From an uncultured archaeon (GTDB lineage Archaea > Altiarchaeota > Altiarchaeia > IMC4 > SCGC-AAA252-I15), in assembly GCA_964423225.1 (NCBI GenBank), contig CAYREE010000002.1:10278-74277 (forward strand): 64,000 bases of DNA. The letters run 5' to 3'. The position numbers and the translations under genes were made by a program. How positions within the stretch are numbered: position 1 is the stretch's first letter; every line of letters begins with the position of its first letter. Below the pieces are notes generated by a model. That model ran no database searches. It was not told where the DNA came from and saw nothing but the letters and a program-made list of their open reading frames with translations. Shown here one piece after another: positions 58,801 through 64,000 of the stretch.

Positions 58801-59151
58801 TTCTATTTGTGTTGAAGTAGTCTCGAGTTTTTCAGCCGCCTCAAACACACTGATGCTTCCTTCTTGTTCCATTAGTTCAAGGAGATTTTCCTTGTTTATA
58901 CCAAACAAGCATCTTGATATGAGTTTATCTGTTGCAGAAATCTTTGGTGGACGAAGGAATCTCTTCACAACTTTTATCTGTCCTTGGTCTTCCAGTTTTT
59001 TAATGGTTTTTTTAAAATCTCTTTTACTTGCTTTAAATCTTTTTGCAGTCCTTTTAGCTTTGACAGTCCCCCTTGCCCTGATATGTCGGATCAGGGCCTG
59101 TGATAGTATGCCCCTTTCTCTTATCAACCCTGCTTTGTCCTTCAAGCCCAT
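55891..59151 (-). CDS. Type II/IV secretion-system ATPase (VirB11/TadA/FlaI family) with long N-terminal region and about 420-aa acidic repeat-bearing C-terminal tail
   Basis: Walker A GGGTASGKTS, ITIEDTREI, Walker B/Asp box RMRPDRIVLGEIR, His box HTGHSVYGTIHA. The tail is E/K/P-rich with MSPTMKAM repeats. Confidence 0.8.
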   Translation of the reverse strand: MGLKDKAGLIRERGILSQALIRHIRARGTVKAKRTAKRFKASKRDFKKTIKKLEDQGQIKVVKRFLRPPKISATDKLISRCLFGINKENLLELMEQEGSISVFEAAEKLETTSTQIEEWSHILEREELLKINKKGVIIGNKPRILRQRIKEKISEKSREKRIIFTQVDYLIEALSRSKYLSLADAAIVSNTEPKKIEKWARTLDILKLDYPSNLLKEPMMTLAKPVSLDDPDTNITGKTLDSYKIVADKVVAHVKIIASDQKAKPIYEVTLPIIGVGTRSLITSLRDALSGKIEVGVGDMSDTKKMRELKETFFTEAKDLIDSEIRLDEDDLNMLAGMMTHSMYGLGDMELLMTDDWLEEVCINTSHIPLTAYHKRFGWVETTLHLDDERMVYNYAAQIGRKVERDITNMDPIMDAHLLSGDRVNATLFPISNFGNTITIRKFARQPWTIAHFVSPDICTMSPEMGAFLWLAFQYELNVIVGGGTASGKTSMLNCLCSLIQPTHRVITIEDTREINLPSYLKWNWVPLTTREANPEGKGEVSMLDLIVTSLRMRPDRIVLGEIRRRREAEVLFEAMHTGHSVYGTIHADTVHNLKRRLLEPPIALPSAEIEALHLMIVVYRDRKKGARKVFEIAEIRPGSEGKEFELNYLFRYNTRTDEFVKVNDSVRVLEDLSLHTGMSRPEILKDLEEKKKTLIWMYENNNRSLEEVGEVMELYYKNKEQLKEVIEGKITIEEIKERDPKKHRIIEPPKIAQQTEEKTPLEEEKIEELDKQTADIEQKPELLPQDVTEPQPLAAEEIDPGSSITEETQTTPEQTGPEALEPESQIVQEIPDKKLEVTETQEPETSKEEVEPYKKVFDGPKDPRFDDPFAEKMSPTMKAMMGSSEQEKEPVKKPEPTTEKSIQEETKKEIQEPVEEDTKLQDKTKLDKIFDDKMSPTMKAMIGQDEVEEQTDQIIKPEPEIPEEKEEPFQDDPMSTRAKSLFDTMPEEPEDPQITIQEEEKKPDLQPSPFAIADEDTIKPEEILEHAIEEEKTSAEDSKEDKPVSDTEIPLKPEEKKDSALNKLFAKRMSPTIKSMLGLGKKKKE
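55918..56544 (-). repeat. Four in-frame copies (one degenerate) of a motif of about 14 aa, [FL]-x-[DEK]-[KR]-MSPT-[MI]-K-[AS]-M-[MIL]-G, in the ATPase tail
   Basis: DNA repeats ...ccttcat.gt.gg.ctcat... at about 55918-55965, 56321-56365 and 56503-56544, with a degenerate copy (DPMSTRAKSLFDTM) at about 56180-56247. Confidence 0.7.
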
Positions 59152-59152
59152 T

Positions 59153-59359
59153 TTACTTGATCTTATATGATTTTAATAATTTCACATATAGATTGTAGTC
59201 CTTCGATTTTGCGAATTTTTCAATATCCTCATCGTCTAGTTTCCCTAGTAAGTTGTCAAGGACTTTTAAAATTCTCCTAACCTCCCCTTTGCTAAGTGTT
59301 TCTCCGGTACTTTCCCTCGGAATCAATGCGTCGAGTCCTTTTACCTTTTCTTCGACCAT
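59153..59359 (-). CDS. Small hypothetical protein (68 aa) between ParA-like and ATPase genes
   Basis: Tightly packed ORF (0-1 nt spacers on both sides), charged and helical. Confidence 0.4.
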   Translation of the reverse strand: MVEEKVKGLDALIPRESTGETLSKGEVRRILKVLDNLLGKLDDEDIEKFAKSKDYNLYVKLLKSYKIK

Positions 59360-60316
59360 TTATATCAACTTATCTGCTATCTTCATGTATGCTGTACTAG
59401 CCTGAGCGTCTGGGTAAAGATCTATTATTGGTTTACCTTGTGCAGATGCTTCACTCACCTTAATATCTCTGTCTATCATGATGTCAAATACTGTTTCTTT
59501 TAGATAGTTCTTTACCTCAGCCATTATCTTGTTTGAAAACTCTGAGTTGGGTTCATGCATTGTTAGTATTGCCCCATCGATATGTAGTCCTGGATTAAGT
59601 CTGTCTCTCACAAGTTCGATAACCTTCATGAATGTTGTGAGGCTTTCAACAGCGAATTGGTCTGACTGGACTGGTATTAGGACAGAATCAGCTGCTGTAA
59701 GAGCATTGATTGTAAGTAGGCTAAGTGATGGTGGGCAATCAATTATTATAAAATCATATTTTTCTCTTAAGGGCGTTAACACATCGTTTAAACGATTTTC
59801 CCTCCCTTTTAAACCCATTAATTCCACTTCCATTCCGACAAGATTTACTTCAGATGGAACGAAATCAAAGTCGAAGTCTGTTGTTACAATGCTTTCTTCG
59901 ATCGGGGCTGTTAATGAGAGTATGTCATATGTATTGCATTTCACTTCTTCTGTATGTCCTAGTAGGCTTGATGCATTGGCTTGTGGATCAAGGTCAACAA
60001 GAAGAACTTTTTTATCCAGTTTTGCCAGGCAGGATGATATATTAATTGAAGTAGTTGTCTTTCCCACTCCGCCCTTATGGTTGGAGACACTGATTATCTT
60101 GCAGTTGCCTGGTTTTTCAGGAAGCTTACCTGTTTTTGATATACGATAGTCTACAAAAAGTGGTTTTCTAACCTTTAAGTATCCTTCTTTCTGGAGTTCT
60201 TTACAGTGTTTTATCAGTGTTTTCTTGTCTAATTCAAGTTCTTTTACGAGGATGTGAGCTTTAACTTCTCCAGTGTTCGGAATCTCCCTGAGGATCATTA
60301 ATTGTAATGGGTCCAC
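59360..60316 (-). CDS. ParA/MinD-family ATPase with N-terminal winged-helix domain (TadZ/CpaE-like position in pilus operon)
   Basis: Deviant Walker A KGGVGKTT and DLDPQAN. About 75-aa N-terminal wHTH-like region. GTG start (or ATG at Met7). Confidence 0.7.
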   Translation of the reverse strand: MDPLQLMILREIPNTGEVKAHILVKELELDKKTLIKHCKELQKEGYLKVRKPLFVDYRISKTGKLPEKPGNCKIISVSNHKGGVGKTTTSINISSCLAKLDKKVLLVDLDPQANASSLLGHTEEVKCNTYDILSLTAPIEESIVTTDFDFDFVPSEVNLVGMEVELMGLKGRENRLNDVLTPLREKYDFIIIDCPPSLSLLTINALTAADSVLIPVQSDQFAVESLTTFMKVIELVRDRLNPGLHIDGAILTMHEPNSEFSNKIMAEVKNYLKETVFDIMIDRDIKVSEASAQGKPIIDLYPDAQASTAYMKIADKLI

Positions 60317-60376
60317 TTTTTAAAAAGTTACTATTATACTAATTACTCCTAAGAGTTTATATAATATAATTTTTTT
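60317..60376 (-). promoter_or_regulatory. Candidate promoter for pilus assembly operon (TATA-like AGTATAATAG about 25 nt upstream of start; likely leaderless)
   Basis: AT-rich 60-nt spacer with TTATATTATATAAA and GTATAAT elements, no SD, and the start codon within about 25 nt of the TATA-like element. Confidence 0.35.
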
Positions 60377-61360
60377 TTATTGGCAGCAGCAGGTATCGGC
60401 CTGCGGCCCGCCCTTACAATATACATCTCCCTCAGTTTCGTGTGTGCCACCCCCTGGGCAAACACTGTTTTGCTTACAACTACCCCCAGCATAGCCTTTT
60501 ATTCCACAGACTTTTTCACATTCTCCTAAATCTATTTGTGGTGTTAGCCATATAGCATCTTTTCTATATATATTATCCTTGAATTCCACGCTAATATTGC
60601 TTCTAATACCTACGATTGGGATGTCTTCCATGATAATTCTTGTTTCAACCTCTCCTATTGTATTTCCCTGTTTGGATAGGACAATTGAGTAGTCATGGTT
60701 ACTTCCATCTATACTGTTTCTGCCCACGTTGATAAAAACCTTTCCAGTCGTGAAATTCAATGTCAATTGAGAGTTACCTGAAGGATTGACGAAGTATGTG
60801 TCTTCAAAACCCATATTAGAGAACGAGCCATTCAATAGGATGCGCTTACTGCCTCCCTGTGTCTCATCCACGACATTTACTAGGTTCATATCATAGTCGA
60901 AATATAGTTCATATGCATAGATTTCAGAATCCCCGGTCTTATTATATATTCTGATATAATCCTTGTTGTATGAGTTATAACCATATATCAATGGTGTTGG
61001 TTCTAGTGTAAATTCAGGATTATTCAGGCCAGATAATATTATTTCTGAATACACCCTGCTAGAATACTGGTTCTCAATGAAGTTCTTATATTCATTTAAC
61101 TGGGTTATTCCCCCAGCCAGCGGAAACCCATCTTTTACTGAGACTACAGTACGTCCTGAATCATAATACACCCTTGCATTTATCCCTAGTATATCTTCAA
61201 GATCAGTTGCAATGTCGGCAAATACTGTCCTAGTCTTCTCTGAGTATATATCCTCCTTCACTCCGACTTTGACATAATATGTTGCCAGTGAAAAAACACT
61301 TAATACTAGCATTAGACAAAGAATTGAGAAGAGCAGGCCTCTATTATTCATCTTAACCAC
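60377..61360 (-). CDS. Pilin-like or secreted protein with class III-type signal (NNRG-LLFS) and Cys-rich C-terminus
   Basis: N-terminal RG followed by a hydrophobic helix. The C-terminal 60 aa hold 11 Cys (CEKVCGIKGYAGGSCKQNSVCPGGG...CCCQ). Confidence 0.5.
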   Translation of the reverse strand: MVKMNNRGLLFSILCLMLVLSVFSLATYYVKVGVKEDIYSEKTRTVFADIATDLEDILGINARVYYDSGRTVVSVKDGFPLAGGITQLNEYKNFIENQYSSRVYSEIILSGLNNPEFTLEPTPLIYGYNSYNKDYIRIYNKTGDSEIYAYELYFDYDMNLVNVVDETQGGSKRILLNGSFSNMGFEDTYFVNPSGNSQLTLNFTTGKVFINVGRNSIDGSNHDYSIVLSKQGNTIGEVETRIIMEDIPIVGIRSNISVEFKDNIYRKDAIWLTPQIDLGECEKVCGIKGYAGGSCKQNSVCPGGGTHETEGDVYCKGGPQADTCCCQ

Positions 61361-61728
61361 ACTCTTGCCTCTGATATATATCTTTCACTGTCTTTTATGA
61401 ATGAGCGTCTTGATATAGCGTATTCGCCCTCCTCACATCCACTGTCTTCAATAAATATTACAATGTCGTTTGAGTCTATGATCTTGATTTCAAGACATAT
61501 CTTTTGTGGTAGCGTTGCTTTTAGCTCATAGAGTTTCGTTGTATCGCCGACAGTAAGCCGTTCAAGCCCTGCATTCTCGTCTAATATTGCTAGTAAGTCG
61601 GTGGATAACTGATAAACATATTCTCTGCTAGGGTATTTTGGAGCGGAAAAAAGGAATATGCTCGCACTTATTATTACTGTTGCCATTGCCAGGGCTACTA
61701 ACGCATCCAAAGTGAATATTCCTGTCAT
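61348..61728 (-). CDS. Minor pilin-like protein (class III signal-like N-terminus)
   Basis: MTGIFTLDALVALAMATVIISASIFLF. Confidence 0.45.
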   Translation of the reverse strand: MTGIFTLDALVALAMATVIISASIFLFSAPKYPSREYVYQLSTDLLAILDENAGLERLTVGDTTKLYELKATLPQKICLEIKIIDSNDIVIFIEDSGCEEGEYAISRRSFIKDSERYISEARVWLR

Positions 61729-61739
61729 ATCATTTCTCC

Positions 61740-62261
61740 TTAAGTTGTCATAAATGAGTCTTCTGGAAAGTATACTCTAACTCCTACCTCGACTATAGTA
61801 TCGTTTAATAATCCATATCTGTTCATGATGACCATTGGCCTGTTTGTTGGTTCTCCGATCTCGTATAATACGGGTAGTGATGAGTTTTGTATGTCTGTCA
61901 CGGTTATATGAACATCCTCTTTAGTGAGTCCGAGAATCTTTGTAAGGTTTTCATATGTTATTTCCCCTGCCTTCTCAAGCTTTGATGCGTCTAGTATGTT
62001 ATCCCTTTTTGCAAATCCTATCGTGCTAACATATCTTGCATCTATACTGTCTAGTGTCTGCCATTCCGCAGGCATTCCCGGTGTTTTGATGAGTAGTTCA
62101 GAGACTTCTAGGGCTTTTCTGTCGAGTGATCTTTTGTCATTGAATTTGAATATCTTTGTTAGGCCTAGCGTCCATACTTCCATTGTTGTAAGTAGTATGA
62201 GTAGTACTAGTGTGAATGCGACTGTCAGGTCTATGGTGGATATCTGGCCTTTTTTAGACAT
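61740..62261 (-). CDS. Minor pilin-like protein (class III signal peptide KKG-QIS)
   Basis: MSKKGQISTIDLTVAFTLVLLILLTTM, the canonical archaeal prepilin N-terminus. Confidence 0.55.
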   Translation of the reverse strand: MSKKGQISTIDLTVAFTLVLLILLTTMEVWTLGLTKIFKFNDKRSLDRKALEVSELLIKTPGMPAEWQTLDSIDARYVSTIGFAKRDNILDASKLEKAGEITYENLTKILGLTKEDVHITVTDIQNSSLPVLYEIGEPTNRPMVIMNRYGLLNDTIVEVGVRVYFPEDSFMTT

Positions 62262-62664
62262 TTTCCACCCATAACTTGTTTTCTTTGAATGTGATTATGA
62301 CTTTTCCGGGGTTCACGTCTATATAGCTTCCTCCCTCGATTTGTGCTGGTAGGATCCCTGTGGCTTGTATCTTCTGGGTACCGCTATATGCTAGGTAAAT
62401 GGATTTGGGATAGACTCTTAGTGTGAATGATCGCCCTCCTTCAAATGACTCGGGTATATAGATCGTCCTGTTTGATCCTTCTCCTGCTAGATATACTGAG
62501 TTTATTGCTATTGCAAGGTTTTCTATGAGTACTTTAGAATCTACTCTGTTGACTACTTCTGTCCGCATCCTTTCTTGGGCTGTTATAGTATTTATCAATA
62601 GGATGAATAGTGATAGCGCGACTCCGATAGCAATCAAAAAGTCTATCGCAACCTGTGACTTCAT
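62254..62664 (-). CDS. Minor pilin-like protein (class III signal-like KS-QVAIDF)
   Basis: MKSQVAIDFLIAIGVALSLFILL. Confidence 0.5.
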   Translation of the reverse strand: MKSQVAIDFLIAIGVALSLFILLINTITAQERMRTEVVNRVDSKVLIENLAIAINSVYLAGEGSNRTIYIPESFEGGRSFTLRVYPKSIYLAYSGTQKIQATGILPAQIEGGSYIDVNPGKVIITFKENKLWVENV

Positions 62665-62699
62665 ATGTTAAATATACTCGGCTATATATAGAAATATGA

Positions 62700-63302
62700 C
62701 TACTCTGTGATGCATCCTGACCCGCCTATTGTGAATGATCTTCCAGTAATCCGCACGGTCTTTGTTTTCACTTCGTTGGTTGGTTCTCCTGTTCTACTTG
62801 GTTCTTTTCCTGGTACTACTCCTATTGGATTTTCTTTTATCTTGACTTTTTTTACGACGTATCCGTTAGGGTAGTATTCTTTCAAGTATTCTTCTGGCTT
62901 CTTCATTGTGCAGTAGGAGTTTTCCAGTGGTTCTATACCGCATTCTCGGATTCCTTCCACCATCTTCAAGTCTGCTGGGGCTGCGTTATTGAATGCATTT
63001 ATTATATGGTAGGCGTGTATCCCGTCCTTGGAGTAGACGAAGGCGTCTGATGTGGGTGAGAATAATATGATTTTCTCTCCACTGTCTACTACGGCGTATG
63101 GATCCCTTCCTATTAATTCTTCGAGTGTAACCATTGGATCGGTTTTTATCACTCCACGTGGCTGTGGGTAAGTGTCTTGGTAATCTGGTTCAGTTTGTGC
63201 TGATCCAGGCATCCTTATGTATCCTGTTACTACACCCAGGATTAGGATAATGATTATGCCTAATATCATCCATTTCCCGTCTTCTTCTATATCCAGGTCC
63301 AT
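62700..63302 (-). CDS. N-terminally anchored extracellular protein (200 aa) in pilus locus
   Basis: Single N-terminal TM (WMILGIIIILILGVVTGYI) followed by a soluble domain. Confidence 0.4.
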   Translation of the reverse strand: MDLDIEEDGKWMILGIIIILILGVVTGYIRMPGSAQTEPDYQDTYPQPRGVIKTDPMVTLEELIGRDPYAVVDSGEKIILFSPTSDAFVYSKDGIHAYHIINAFNNAAPADLKMVEGIRECGIEPLENSYCTMKKPEEYLKEYYPNGYVVKKVKIKENPIGVVPGKEPSRTGEPTNEVKTKTVRITGRSFTIGGSGCITE

Positions 63303-64000
63303 TTAATTGTATCTTACCCTCACTTGTATGTCTGTCATCGTCCATTGGTCTGATGATATCCCTGTTTCATCGCAGTCCGTGGTTTCAAGCGATACTTTCA
63401 AGTTGTGTGCGCCTGGATTCAGCTTATTGCCTGAACTTGTTATCGGGACGATGATGGGGTTGCCTGTATTGGTTGTCTCATCCATTATAAGCTCGTTGTC
63501 CCACCAGATGCAGTGGTGTTCTCCGTCAATCCAGTCATTGGGATTGAAGTGGAGTTCTCCTAGGAATGGTGTTCCAGTATATGTTAAGTCTACTTGGACG
63601 GTCTTCGGATTCTCAAAACATGTTCCCGATCCACCTAATTCAAGCTCAAGGTATGGTTCGCAAGTACCTGTTCCACATGGATTTGCACAGGTTCCACCCA
63701 TTCCATAATACTCGGTCCAGGGATTTAGAGCGCTATTCAGGTCTTGTCCTGTCCAGGACGCGTAGAAGCTGCCGGTGGTTGGTACTTGATTAGGATCTGT
63801 TATGTCTATGCACTGCCATACATCTATGCTGTTGCTGGTCCGGGTTGCCTCTCCTATCTGCCCTCCAGGAAAGCTTGATACGCCTGCCCATCCGCAGGTT
63901 AGGCTTGATTCTTTATATATCCTGGATGTATGACTTGCTCCAAATGAGTCGACGTTTTGTATTCGTCCGCATATTTTTGCCGAGGCTATATTGTTTCCTG
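63303..64000 (-). CDS. C-terminal part of a larger secreted Cys-containing protein (frame open to window end)
   Basis: Hand translation upstream of the listed Met shows no stop through 64000 (...SNSIDVWQCIDITDPNQVPTTGSFYASWTGQDLNSALNPWTEYYGMGGTCANPCGTGTCEPY...). Confidence 0.45.
   Translation of the reverse strand, partial: GNNIASAKICGRIQNVDSFGASHTSRIYKESSLTCGWAGVSSFPGGQIGEATRTSNSIDVWQCIDITDPNQVPTTGSFYASWTGQDLNSALNPWTEYYGMGGTCANPCGTGTCEPYLELELGGSGTCFENPKTVQVDLTYTGTPFLGELHFNPNDWIDGEHHCIWWDNELIMDETTNTGNPIIVPITSSGNKLNPGAHNLKVSLETTDCDETGISSDQWTMTDIQVRVRYN

Noticed and set aside
60395-60430. GC-rich tract ggcctgcggcccgccc that looks like a stem or GC-clamp
   Set aside because: It encodes the Cys/Gly-rich C-terminus (...GGPQADTCCCQ) of ORF 60377-61360, so it is coding and not a structural RNA or terminator.
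1-64000. tRNA, rRNA or CRISPR arrays
   Set aside because: No intergenic region longer than about 240 nt. None shows cloverleaf-compatible conserved tRNA boxes or regularly spaced repeats.

Overview
Archaeal-looking chromosomal segment: AT-rich, Shine-Dalgarno-using, with class III signal peptides, archaetidylinositol-phosphate synthase, archaeosine tRNA-guanine transglycosylase and archaeal-type PGK and HMG-CoA reductase. It is mostly housekeeping genes (hel308 with intein, pgk, inositol-phosphate synthase plus AIP synthase, RFC large subunit, rtcA, tmk, map, hmgA, tgtA, serS, ksgA, pdxS/pdxT, ogt, an OBG-family GTPase), interrupted by several accessory blocks. (1) A Hel308 helicase carries a 512-aa LAGLIDADG intein. 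(2) Two tandem CPA2 antiporter genes are followed by three tandem membrane-anchored ASST-like beta-propeller paralogs. (3) A 5.4-kb ORF encodes an 1817-aa protein with no transmembrane segment and no recognisable motif; a co-oriented 362-aa partner follows, and both sit in a GC-elevated patch. (4) A KaiC-like ATPase pairs with a membrane-anchored degenerate partner. (5) A minus-strand Tad/Epd-like type IV pilus locus of about 11 kb (52980-64000) encodes, in transcription order (right to left): at least six pilin-like or secreted proteins, a ParA/MinD ATPase with an N-terminal wHTH, a 68-aa ORF, an unusually large (1086 aa) VirB11/TadA-family ATPase with a repeat-bearing acidic tail, split TadB- and TadC-like platform proteins, and two tandem major-pilin genes with conserved terminators. 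No rRNA, tRNA or CRISPR array was seen. The most novel candidates are the giant ORF pair and the elaborated pilus locus.
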